Shown here in pieces: positions 52,150 to 64,000 of a stretch of DNA of 64,000 nt. The stretch is taken from the NCBI GenBank assembly GCA_003971905.1, contig RSEE01000012.1, forward strand, positions 372,001-436,000. The letters run 5' to 3'. A model generated the notes under the pieces. The model made no database searches. It was not told where the DNA came from and saw only the letters and a program-made list of their open reading frames with translations. A program made the position numbers and the translations under genes. The stretch is from Moniliella sp. 'wahieum'. Its lineage: Eukaryota. Position 1 is the first letter of the stretch. The number at the start of each line of letters is the position of its first letter.

Positions 52150-55036
52150 ATGCAACGATGGCATTTGCTCGCTGGCACAGATCAGGTGAGTTCAGGGTAG
52201 GAGGGTTGGGGCCAGGAGAAAGTAGGTAGATAAGAACAGTAAGGCTGTCGTACACATTCAGACGGGGGCGGAGGTAACATGTAACAGCACAACCTTCACA
52301 AGCCTCCAAGATCAACAAGGTCACGCTCATCACCGTTTTTCTGTGGGTGGGCAGGGATGTGGTCGTCCAGACATGGTTCAGGGGAAAAGAGGTATAGACG
52401 TACCCGCAGATAGACAGGAACCAGGAGCGCAAACCAGGAAAGGGCTTTGTTGAGCCACCGGGAGGCTCGGATTTGGCCAAGGACCCTTCAGTACCTCCTC
52501 AGACCTAGGAATTCGGGTGTTTTCTTGCTTCTGGTCCTGATCCGCAGCATAACACCGGGGGGCGACTGGCTGGTTTTGATGAACCCTCGAGGCCTCGAGG
52601 ACCATCAGGACTCCGGGTCTTATCAGGAAGGTTTGCTTCTTGAGACAGGTTGGAGAACAGAGGCGTTTTTGGCGAAAGTACAGGAAAATGCGTAGGTGTG
52701 GGACAAGGAGGTGTCGGTGGCTGACAAGGGAGACTGGGACGGCTGATAACGAAAACGCAAGCAACAGCACACCACAACATTCACGATCAGAGCCTCTCAA
52801 GGCTTTGATGCGCGACGGTCCCATGCCCATCAAGGGCGCTACGCGGTGGGAAGGTGGGGTAAGGTTTTTGCGGCGGATGAGCCGGGCGACCAGAGAGGAG
52901 GGTAGTCTTGAGTCTTGGCGCGGGGCAGGTGAGCCGCCTTGGAAGACCGGGAAGAGGACTGGTTTGGGGCGTGGATTTGACCGTGCTGCCCAACGAGACA
53001 GAGGGGCTACTGGTCGTCGGATGGGACTGTGGCGACGCTGGCGACGCTGGCGGCGCAAAAAAGTCACGCATCGACGCCAACAACTGTACCGTCTGGGATG
53101 CGAGCGAAATCAACACAGCCAACACTACTCCTCCCAGCACAAGCGCCCAGCTGGAGTGGGGAGTAGAGGAACGAGAGGTGGTGGCGGCTTCCCCTCCCAT
53201 TTTGAGCTCTTCGACCGCCTGTTTGTGGCGTGCGTGAGAGGAGGAGGATCCTGGGTCGGAGCTCGTCTCCTCGGGCCGGGGGGAAAACAGATCCCGGAGA
53301 TGCCGGGGCATGGAAATGTTGTCGCCACGAGCCTGGAGGGGCATGTCGGATACTGGCTTCACCCGACAAGGAATGGGATTCCCGTACACTTGCTTTCCCG
53401 CTGCGCTTGTTCGTGTTGGTACTGCTGCTATTGCGCATGTTCTTGATGTCCATCGCCTCAACGGTTGCTTTCTCCTTCTTTCGAGCCGAGGGAAAAGGAG
53501 AGGGTGGACTGTTTCAGACGAGTCTGAATCATTCTGGGCTTCCAACCGGATAGAGGGGTCGGTCCCCTTTGGCGTGCGACCATGGATCGGTGGGACCCGG
53601 AGGAGAGGGTGAATGCTGCCCGTTGAGTGCCCACGGCCACTTGGCGGAAAGTGAGGACGTGTCGTCCCACAACGTCGCAGCATAGCTCAGCACCATGATG
53701 CCCGCCACAGAAATCGCCATGGCCGAGCCGAGGGTGACCACCATGGACGCTTGCAACAACGGCCGCATTGCCGCCAAGGGGAACCCCAAAGCCAACTGGC
53801 TCGCTATCCGACCAATGTGGCTCAATTGCCACGACAGGCGGGTTTTGGCTCCGCCCCCACGTGCCCGTCCCGATTGACGGGATGCGCGGCGCCTTCTTGC
53901 TCCCTCCGCGGACGGTTAATATGGGCCGTATGAAACCAGGCGGTGAGTTCAGGGAGGGATGGGGGGACAACATGGCTTCAAATGCATCTTCCCAGCTGCC
54001 GCGACGACCGCGTACGGTAGCGGATGCCGAGGAGCTGACCGAAGAAGGTCTGCTGGTATGCATCGTTGTCGCTCTCATCCTGCCCTTGGCTGAGGAGGAA
54101 GGGGGGATATGTATGGTGGAAGCAATCTCCGTCTTGGTTGGGTTGCGCGGATCCCCCCTGGCGCACCAGGCAAGGGATGGTACATGACCTGAGACCGGCG
54201 ATGATACACCGTCGGATTAGCCTGGGTGCCCAGTGCCGAGCTCGATACCACCCTCCGACGATCGAACGAAGGTAGCCCCCGCGAGGCAGAAGGGTGGTGC
54301 TGCGAGGATCGTTTCCACTCAGCCCATTTCTGTGCCCCTGGGCGGAGGGGAGGTAGGGTCGACGAGGGGGACGGTGTTGTAGTGTTGGTGTAAGCGAGAG
54401 GGGATCGGTCCGAGTAATAAGACGGATGGGACGACAGGGAGGCGTGGGTACGGCGGGGAAAGCAGCGTGTGGGTAGGCTCAGCAACCGAAGAAGCATGTT
54501 GGCTTGGAGAAGTAGAGCCCGAAGAGCTGCGCAAGGGACGGGGCAGGACAGCCGAGTGGGAGGAAGCGCGGGTGCCCCGCGATCGGTGCATCCGCGCAGA
54601 TCGGAGGCCGAGATGGCGCCCGGAGCTGGGTCGGTGGCGAGCGACTGCCGTTTCCACGTGGTGGACGTCCAGGGGGGTTTGAACGGCGGCGAGGCCTGCT
54701 CGCCTGTGACATCCGTATCTTCCTCTGTGTCCTCCAGCACCACGTCTTGCGCCACTCGACTGCTGGGGAAGAGCATGGAAAGGTGGGTAGAGTGGGAGCG
54801 GGCGTGGCGGTGGCGCAGACGAATGGTGGAGGAAGGGAGGAGGAGGAGCAGAAGCCGATGAGGGAGGTGCCGAAAACGAGGGGAGGAGGAGAGGCAGCCG
54901 TGTCGGGGGCGCTGGGGCGTAGTGGCGGCTGGGGGGGCGCGGTGCGACGGCTGGCGGGCGGGGTGCTGCTGTGGGGGTCGGGTCGGGGTCGCTGGCAGAG
55001 GAGGGGAAGGGGACGGGGTGGGCCCCCGCATGCATC
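52150..55036 (-). CDS. Hypothetical Ser/Pro-rich protein with several hydrophobic segments (frameshifted, boundaries uncertain)
   Basis: Overlapping minus-strand ORFs 54075-55031, 53458-54078, 52787-53683, 52378-53067, 52052-52480; TM-like segments WALVLGGVVLAVLISLAS and ISVAGIMVLSYA. Confidence 0.4.
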
Positions 55037-55608
55037 ATGGCGGGCCGGGGCGGGGGAGCAGGCGGGGGATGGGAGGAGCGCAAGGGGGGGCGGGGCAGAG
55101 AGCGTGCTGAAATACGGGGTGCTAGCAGCAGCCGGAAAAAGGGTGAGTATGCTGGGAGCGCTGCCTGGGGGCGGAGGTGGGCGCGTATATAGGCTGCTCC
55201 GCACCGGATGCAGGGTGTCTCATGCGCCAGGCACCCCGCCGCTTGCCACTGCCGGAAGACAGGGGGGTGCCCGAGCGCTGCAGCGGCAAAGGGGCAGAGC
55301 AGGCCAGCACGGGCGCGCACGGGAGAGGAGCCACTGCGCCCCGACGGCCGCACGTATGCCCATTGCGACGGCTGGCTGCGTGGGGCAAAGACAGAAGGGA
55401 CCGCGTGAGTGGGTCGGCTATCGCACAGGACAGGCGATGGGTTGCCGCCATGTGCATTACTGGCGCGTGCACAGCAGGGCCATGTGGAATATGAAATGGA
55501 CAGGCGGCCTATGCACACACGCTGCTATCGTCCGCACCCAGCAGCGCATTAGGCTTCCCACCGGCCACACCGCGTCGAGATAAAGATGCATGCCGTTATG
55601 CGTCCGCC

Positions 55609-57564
55609 TCAAGCTTCGGCCAGCCCGGCGGCGTCCGTCTGGGTGGCCAGGTGCCGCCCACACACGTACAGCGCATCCTCCATCCCAAACCACACCAGCC
55701 CCCTGCTCCTCCTGCCCCGCCCACCCGTCGCAGCCCGCAAACGCCCGGATTGGCGCGGCCAGCGGGGCAAACGAAACCTGCACCCCTCCTCCATCCGTCT
55801 GCCCCCTTCCTCCCCCTCCACCCAGCCCGCACGCAGCGTCACCGCTCGCTGTCCAAACGGACGACAGTCCCGTGCGCCTGTTACAAGGGGGTGTAAACGT
55901 TGCCCAACGGCTCAGGTCCGCCCCTCCTCCTTTCCCCACCAATCTCTCCCGTACCGCACCCGCCGTCGGCAGCGCTTCCTCGTGGCTGTACTCCCATGCC
56001 TCGGTCGGCGGCACAAACACGGGTGGGAGCCAGCAGTGCCAAACGGCGCCCCGCACCCCGACGCGCTGCGACGGTTCAAATGTAAGTTTGGAACAATGTG
56101 GCCCCCGTCGTGGTGGCTGCAACATCAATGTGCACACGCACACGGGACGGTATCACCGCCTCGGCTGGGCCAGGCGCTAGGTGAGCACAAGGGTGCGCTG
56201 GTCGTGCTGGGAGAGAAGCAGGGGAGTGAACGAGGCGGTGCAAGGTCGCTACGGCCTCCTCCTGGGTAGTTGCGCTGCGACGCGCCGAGCGAGACGAGGC
56301 TGATGCCGCTCAAGCCGGCCAAGAGGCCGAAAAAGGGCAAGACGACGGAACACAAACCCGATCCTTTGGTCGAGCAAAGGCGTGGCTTGTCCTTGTCCAC
56401 CAGAACTGGGGGCGAGCGAGCCCAGCTACATCAAAGCCATCTGTAGTCATAGTGTCGGTCGACAGGATTGCTACCATAGACGTAGTGGTGGTGGTGGGGG
56501 GGGAGGGGGGGTGAAATGACGTACAGTGACTCAAGCGCTCGTGCAGCAAGCAGATTCCACACGGGAACAGTGTAGACAATGAAGCGCCATTCCTTGTGAG
56601 CCACAAGGGATAGCAGCCCGACGTGGAAGGCAGCGGTGAACACAAGCCAACCATAGGCGAATCGATGCAGGCACGCACTTGCTCCGACCAGCTCCGGTGG
56701 CCCGGACCACATCCCGCAGTACCAGCACCCCACCCCACCGGCACAAGGGGCAGGGCAAACGTCAGCAGGCGCGGCAGTGCGTTGGTCGCATACCAATGCA
56801 TAGGCATGACTCCCCATGCTTTGCTCTGACCATGAAGAATGTTGAAGACGACAGCTTCCCATTCGGGAAGAAAGAGGCCGAACGGTAACGTGGGCGCGTG
56901 CAGCCCGGCCCAAGCGGGACGATCATACAGTGTACCGTATGCCACGGCGCCAAGGCCGGCACCAAGTCCAGTCCAGATGACAGAGACGAGCGAAAGGTGG
57001 CGGCTGAGCACCACCCACGCCGTGGCTGGGGCCAGAAGACCAACGAGCTCCGAGCGAAGCAACGCAGCGCAAAAGGTCAAGACCCCGATCCCAACTGCGC
57101 GTGGCTGGCACGGCGATCGAGAAAAATGAGGCGAAACGACAAAGCACAGGCCAACACAATCGAGTTGTGCGTCGTACGCCCAGCCCAGAGAGAAAATGAA
57201 ACTGGGCAGCGGTGAGGAGCAGGACCCACAAGCCAAAGCGAACTCCCCGGCACAGGTAGACCAATCCGCCGAGTTGAGCAAGGCCAAGGTGAAGCGTACC
57301 GCGAGCTCGACGTGAGCACTGGATGGGGCAAACAAACTGGCAGGAAGACTGGCTAGCGCAAGCGCACGTACGCCGCAAATGAGTGCGGTACCGGGTCGGG
57401 GAACTGGCGAAAGTCCCAGGCCGCGCGCGGGGAGCGACCAGCACGTCGTGGACGGCGTGCAGCACAAAGCGCTCCTCGATCTTCGTGTAGGGCACCAACG
57501 CCACATGAGCGCAGCAACCAAGAACAGGAGCGCGGACGCAGCACCCAGCTGCGTGGCTGGCCAT
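55609..57564 (-). CDS. ALG12: Dol-P-Man-dependent alpha-1,6-mannosyltransferase (GT22)
   Basis: PYTKIEERFVLHAVHD, AAQFHFL, LRSEL, PEWEAVVFNILHGQSKAWGVMPMHWY..ALPRLL, HKEWRFIVY, NYPGG, VHIDVAATTTGATLF. Confidence 0.88.
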
Positions 57565-58011
57565 GTCGACGCCGGCGTGGGGTGGCCCAAATCAAGCGCC
57601 TCACAGCTAAGCGTTAAACGTTCGCCTCAACGTTAACGACGTTACGCGTTAACCCCAGTCTCTAGGCTTACTGCCTTGGTGACGTGGCCAATGTGGAGTT
57701 GGGCGGATGGACAATTTCAAAATGGCATTTCGCCAAGTCGATGGGAGGCGCGAAGGCGCCGACGTCAGTCTGACGTCAGTAGTGTAACCCTAGGTCAGCA
57801 CTGCCCTGCCAACTCGAAAAAGTGGAAAACCCGCCGCAGCTCGTAACCCTATTACCCTGCCCTGCCGCCTACCAACACGCTGAGCCACGCCGGGCAAACT
57901 CCACACCACGAAGCCCAGCTTAGCAGCAAGAGGTAAGTTGGACGGGCCGGCACGCACCCCTGCCGCGACCTCGCCTGGTTCTGACCTGCGCCTTGTATTT
58001 GCCAGAGTAAG

Positions 58012-58209
58012 ATGGCCAAGTCCAAGAACCACACCAACCACAACCAGTCGTCCAAGGCGCACCGCAACGGCATCAAGAAGCCCAAGTCGCGCGGTACCTT
58101 CGCTGCGTGGCGTTGACCCAAAATTCATCCGCAACCAGCGCTTTGCTAAGCACGGCACCGAGAGGCTCTTCGCGCCATCAAGGCTGCCAAGCACGCCAAG
58201 TCGGCCTAA
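58012..58209 (+). CDS. RPL29: 60S ribosomal protein eL29
   Basis: [45 protein letters not shown]; 5'-UTR intron 57932-58005. Confidence 0.97.
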
Positions 58210-59087
58210 CGCGCCTCGGTTGCCCCAAAGGGGGGCTGGCTTGGCGCCGGGGAAGGACACGACGTCTGTCTTGCCTCTCGGGTGGATGGGGACAACCCAT
58301 GCCTAGTGTTACTGTTGGCTTATTGAGCGGCATGCATAGTGGCCACTGAAGGCTGCATTAGTTCTTTCCTCCCCCGCCCCCCTTCCCCTTTCTCATCCCC
58401 ATCGCCGCTGTCGCGCCTGCTATGCCTTGTGTGCTGATTGATGCAGGCTTCGATGCATATGGTACATCCCCATGATTGCCTCCGTTGGTCGCAGTGTCGG
58501 CATAATGTGCTCAGTCATAGCTGTCTCTCCCGCATGCAGTAGCATGGGGAACATCCCTTGCCTTGTTGATCGCCTGACGCCATGCGGGCGATACAGATCT
58601 CACAGGCGCTGGTTCTGAGCCTCCTGGATTTGGATTGAGATGAGGATGGATCGCTGGGCAGAGATATGGGCACAGTGCTGATGATTGGGAGTTCGCGGTT
58701 GCGCGTCAGCCTTCCTGGGTATGCACCAGCCCCTTAGCTTGACGTGGGACAAGAGGCAGGAGGCTGGGCACGGGGAGGACCTGCGGGACAGCGAGGGGCC
58801 GTGGACTTGGGCGTGCAATGTTTCAACATTGCATCTGCGGATGTATCTGCCCCCGCACCCGCTGCCGCCTCCTAACCTGTAGCAAGGCCTAGAGAGCCGG
58901 GGTCAAGGTGGGGCGGTGGGGGCCGATAGGAGGCTGAGGGCGATGGCCAGCCACACCCACCCAGCATGTCCGACGCTGCGTCTGATGCGCTGCCTCTCCT
59001 AGGACAGCAGGAGGGGGTCCCGCTCCCGCTGTCCTCCCGCCCCGCGCGCCGTGCGCTCCTGCCGACGCGACTGCATGGCTGCATCGC

Positions 59088-60280
59088 ATGGGCCCTCGCC
59101 GCTCTGGGCTATTGGTGCTGGCCACGGTGCTTGTCGTGCGGCGTGGGTAGGGCAAGGAAGCTGCGCCCCTTCCTTCTCCCACAGCGCCACTTGTCGAGGT
59201 GGATGTGCCACCTCATCTGCCGCCGCCGCCGCGGGCGCACAGCTGATGCTGCTCCAGCTGGGTGGCAAGGCGGTGCCCGCGCTGCGGTCCGGTCCCTGGG
59301 CCGGCACCAGGGGCGTATCCCATGCGAAGAGGGTGGTGGTGGTGCAGCATGGGATTGGCGGGACATGGACCGGGCATGGGATGGATTTCATTCGGCGTTA
59401 GAAGGAGAAGATGCCCGGTGGATGACCACACGTTGGTCGTGGCGCCCAACTGTTACCTCGCGTCGGACACGGGGCGCTGGTTTGACCCCGACCTGATGCA
59501 TGCCTGGGCCGACTTTGATGCCTGGGTCGGCGGCGCGGATGCGGTGGGCACGTCCACCACACGGAATCAGACCAGCCTGTACGATTTGTACGACCTGTTG
59601 CGCAGCCAGTTTGTGGACCGGCAGCGCTACCCGGACCTGGAGCAAGTCGTCTTTGCCGGCCACTCGGGCGGCGGTGCCACCATGACGCGGTACAGTGTGG
59701 TGGCAGACGACTGGCCCAAGAGGCGGGATCGGTACGGTACGTGGTGGCCAACTCTCCTAGCTTTTTGTACTTTACCCCGGCCCGGCCGCGCACCGAGTGC
59801 GAGGGATACGATCGGTACATGTACGGCTTGGCGCAGCCAGTGCGCTACGTGGAGCAGAAACTGGGCCGCCGCCCCGCGCGCGCCATCGCTCAGCGATGGT
59901 TCGCTCGCCAGTAGTGATGCTGCAGGGCGACCAAGACACGTTTGCGCGGTACCCGGTGGGGCGATACGGCTGTGGGGTGCTGGCGCAAGGTGGCAAGGAT
60001 CGACGGGAGCGGAGCTATGCCTATTGGGTGTATAAGGTCTTGTTAGCCGGGGTGGGCTGGGACCATGCCCGAGTCGGGGGCGAACAGCGTTGGCGTTCTC
60101 TCCAGTTTGAAGGTCGGGCGAAGCTGGAAGCGTCGGTGGAGCCGTGGCGCGTGGCATCGGACAAGTTTGCGCATGATTGGTGTCATGTACTGAACGTGGG
60201 CCATGTGGGGGGGGAAATGTGGCGGTGAGTGTGGCCGAGCGGCCTTGTTGGGTCGAAGGATCTCGGAGGCAGTGTGGTGA
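59088..60280 (+). CDS. Secreted alpha/beta-hydrolase-fold protein
   Basis: Signal-like MGPRRSGLLVLATVLVV; VVVVQHG; VVAPN; SLYDLYD; nucleophile elbow FAGHSGGG; YVVANSP; AQGG.DRRER; C-terminal NVGH. Confidence 0.75.
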
Positions 60281-60797
60281 ACAGGGATGATATCTAGACT
60301 GGCAATCCGACATGCTGTGGGATTCTACAACGATCCTTTGCGCATGGATACCGAGATAGACAAGAACCATTACGGGCAGCGAGGAGTAGCAAACGCGAAC
60401 CTAGACCTTCAATGGGGCGTGGGGAGGGAGGGGCATGGGGAATAGAGCAGGGGCAACGGAAAGCAGAGAGAAAGAGATATGGCAACCGGGGGTAGCCCCT
60501 TAATGGGGCTGAGACGGCCCCGTTCAACCGACTGGTCCCCGTCTTCGCACTGACCGAGAAACTGGCCACGCGAACGACAAGGCGCCAAGAAGGAGACCGT
60601 AAATGCAATCGTTCGGAACCGAGGGGCCGCAGAAACGGGTGGGAAGAAGGGAATGGGTGACATGGGGATCACCTAGATAGCGGAGGCCAACCGTAACCGG
60701 CAATCGTAGCCAATGATGCGTGGAGGGGAGGGGCAAAAGCATTCCAAGCAAGAAGATAACGAGAGGGGCAAGCTCGAGAACCAGCGCCACCGTTAGA

Positions 60798-62891
60798 TTA
60801 CGGGGCTTGGAACAGATGGGACGACGGCGACGGCGGCAGGGTTAGGGCAAACTTCTGGTGTAGCTTGTGTTCCCGGTTGCCCCGGTTGCGCAGCAAGGTC
60901 GCATTGTTCATATTGAGCTCGAAACCACCTTTCTTGGGCTTGGGTGCCGCTGCCAAGCCAGAGGGGATGACGGAACGGGCTTCCGCGTCGTGGAGGGCGC
61001 CCAACGGGCGTGGGCCGAGGAGAGGAGGATCGAAGCTCTTTCTCCCGTACTTGGCGCTGCTGTGCCAACACCTCTGTCACAACCGGCGGTAGGTTTTGTG
61101 TCTCGTCGTCCTCTTCTTCCTCGTTGAGCTGCATAAGGCCCTGTCCACTGTTGGCAAGAGTGTTGCGGTGGTAGGCCTCCTCTTCCATCCGATGCACCGC
61201 ATACGAGACATCGAATGCCTCTCGCAGCTGATGAACACCGGGCGTGGTCAAACCCATGCCAGCACGCGCCTGGCGGCTGGCAGCATTGTCGCCACGTAAT
61301 GCGTCGAGCAAAGGGGAGTCGAGGGGAGGAGTGCGGGCGACGGGCGGGGCCAGCAGGTGGGTGACAGTGGGAACGCTGGCAGGCAGCGGAGCGGGCTTGG
61401 AAGCGGCGCGGATCCAAGGGTGTGCGAGGAACTCGTCGATGGTGTAGCGCTTGCGCGGGTCGACAGTCAGCAAGTGAGAAATGAGGTCTTTGGACGAGTC
61501 GGAAATATCATCCCACCAGGGGGAGAGGAACGTGTATTGGCCCCGGGCCACCTTCTCGGTGAGGACCTGAATGCTTTCGTCGTAAAAGGGCGGGAAGCCA
61601 CAGAGGATGGTGTACAGCACACAGCCAAGTGCCCACATGTCGACACTCTGTTGTAGAACTGGTCTTTCACAATCTCGGGGGCCGTGTACCCTGCCGTGCC
61701 ACATGGTGTTTTGGTGGCCGACTCCCACACGATCTTGGACAAGCCAAAGTCGGCAATCTTGACTTTCCCAATACCACCACCCCCCACGCCGGGAATAAAC
61801 TCGCCCTCATCTTCTTTCTCCTCGTCGTACGGCCGAGCAACAGGGTGACGAGAAGGAACGAAGGGGATGGGCTCAAAAAGAATGTTTTCTGGCTTAATGT
61901 CGCGATGCACGACGCCAGCTTCTTCGTGCATGTACCGAATGGCCTCGGCCACCTGAATAATCACATGGCGGGCCAAATCTTCCGAAAAGTAGGTGAGTTT
62001 GGCAATTTGATGGAACAGCTCGCCGCCGCGGGCCAGTTCGAGAACCAAAAAGTAGTACTCATCCGACTCGCTAAACTCAAGGAGGCGGACGATATTGTCG
62101 TGATCGAGACCACGCATGATCTGCACTTCCTTGAGAATGTTGGCGCGCTGTGAAGAGAAAAAGTAAAAAAAAGGTTAGTTCCATCGAAGGAAGACAGAAA
62201 GACGGAAGAAAGAGACAACTAGTACACACTTCGGTTGCCTTGTTCTTCTTGCGGAACTTGGGATTGAGGCGGTCAGCGTTGAGCGGGTTGAGCTCATACT
62301 TGCGAACCACCTTGATAGCGCACTCCATGCCCGTCTCACGATGAGCCGCTTTGTAGACATTGCTAAACGCTCCGTCTCCCATCTTATCGAGCAACACATA
62401 GCGCTCAGTTAAACCCTTATAGTCGGGCATGCCGGCTTGGGACTTGGCCACACGCTCCTGGCGCTCCTGCTCCACCAGTTTCTCAGCCACATCGCGGTGC
62501 CGGTTACGGTGCTGTGTGTCGTGGGTAGGTGTGGAGGCGTACGCAGGAAGAGGAGACATGGCGTCCCCTTGGATGACAGGCGATGGGTTGAGCAGCAGGG
62601 CCTGATCGATTGAGGGCTGCGAGCCGCGGACGGCGGTCGTAGAAAGAGAGAGGTCAGGCTCGAGGTGCGGGGCCAGAGCAGGGGAGGCCGGTAGCGGCTT
62701 GGCCACCTCGACGTAATCGAGGCCGGCGTCGTGCTTTGAGGGGACGACGACGGTAGGCTGGGGAGGGGTCAGCACGATGAGCGTCGAGACGAGGGTGGGG
62801 CAGGCGGAATGAGGCGTACAGAAGCGGGGTAGGAGGGGTCTGCGGCTTTGCCGTGACGGATGAAGTTGCGGAACTGCTCGAGCATGGGCAT
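60798..62891 (-). CDS. CAMK-group MAPK-activated kinase, Rck2/Srk1 type; 2 introns
   Basis: MPMLEQFRNFIRHGK; KMGDGAFSNVYKA; AIKVVRK; GGELFHQI..LTYFSEDLARHVI; HRDIKPEN; DEGEFIPGVGGGGIG insert; ADFGLSK; FLSPWWDDIS; LREAFDVSYAVHRMEEE; FELNM. Confidence 0.95.
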
Positions 62892-64000
62892 GGTGGGGAG
62901 TGGTGCGCACACCGGGAAGGGATGGTGGTGGTGGTGGGAGCAGAGCGGCGGGGAGAAGCGGCGGCGACGATAGGCCTGGCTCAGCTCTTGGACGTGATGG
63001 GCTGCGGCAGCTGCGGAACTGACGGGCACTGGTGCGGGCTGGATGTTCCGATGACGTCGGCGTCTCAGATGAGCCGTCGCCCGTGGAACACGACGTGGCC
63101 ATTGGCCATGGGCGATTAATCGAGTGGCAGGTGGCCAGTGGCATGTGGCCCATCCAGCCGTATTGAAACTTCAGCTTGAACATTGAACATCGAAGGGCTG
63201 AATCGCGGCGCTCGCACTGGACCAGCGCCAGCACAGCGGCCAGCCTCCATGCAGCACGTATCTCTCTCATTTGGGCCGCCCGATGCACGAGGCCCGTCCC
63301 CAAGCCAAACAGACGCCCACACCGCCCGCAGCGACATATCACCCTTCGTGCTTCACGCGCACGCACCCCCGCAAGCCCCGTGCCTAGCAGCTGTCTTGAT
63401 GCAATGCTCGATGCCCACCTCCCTGCATCTGCATCTGCAGGCTGCCTCGATCACACGCCGATCATCGATTCCACCCTTGAGCTTCCTCATGCATCGCATG
63501 CTTCCGCGACGTCATCGACGTCATCTACGGCACCTACGTCATCGACGCCGCGCCGTGTCTATGCGCTCCACACTCGGACGAATCGGGGCGAAATACAGAA
63601 GAGATAGCCACCAGCACGAGCCTAGCAGGCCGTAGCCTGCCGTAGCAGCTCATCGCAGCACCTTGCGCGTTGGGCCGCCAACCCCGGCCACCCACCCTGG
63701 TCCCCGCGCAACACGAATCGCTGGCAGCCCACGGGAGGTAACCAATCCCAAAGCCTCTTCTGCGTCATTTTGACGTATCTCGGCCAGAAAAATTAAGCAG
63801 CTGCTAGTACATGATCATAGTAATGCTGTTGGATTCCCTTTTTGGCCCACGTTGAACAAACATGATAGTACACTTTTGAGACACTTCGAATTCAACATTC
63901 AACGTATTCAACCGTGAAGCTTGGCTTGCCCCCGGTCCAACCTCCGACAGGAGAGTCCGCCACAACACAAGTGTAGGTCTATTGATTTTCAAGATAATGT

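Overview
GC-rich fungal chromosome segment with short GT-AG introns. It is probably a basidiomycete (Ustilaginomycotina-like gene style; this is inference). Many single-base indels split conserved genes (Ran, RPL27, RPS23, RPL29, HIS4, NCR1) across frames, so the assembly looks like unpolished long-read sequence and gene boundaries are approximate. Genes in order: FAD/NAD(P)-binding oxidoreductase, Zn2Cys6 transcription factor, tRNA-Ala(CGC), hypothetical protein, MBL-fold AHL-lactonase-like enzyme, NCR1/NPC1, tRNA-Glu-like gene, Ran, RraA/HMG aldolase, hypothetical protein, GPN1, GT31 glycosyltransferase, HIS4, PDI-family thioredoxin, DHA1 MFS transporter, SLC45/SUT-like transporter, RNA15, RPL27, RPS23, hypothetical protein, ALG12, RPL29, secreted alpha/beta hydrolase, Rck/Srk1 kinase. 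The most unusual feature is HIS4. It carries two tandem histidinol-dehydrogenase (HisD) domains, both with intact catalytic motifs and apparently in one polypeptide (HisI-HisE-HisD-HisD). The two copies have diverged ends but a nearly identical core of about 1 kb that includes the intron.
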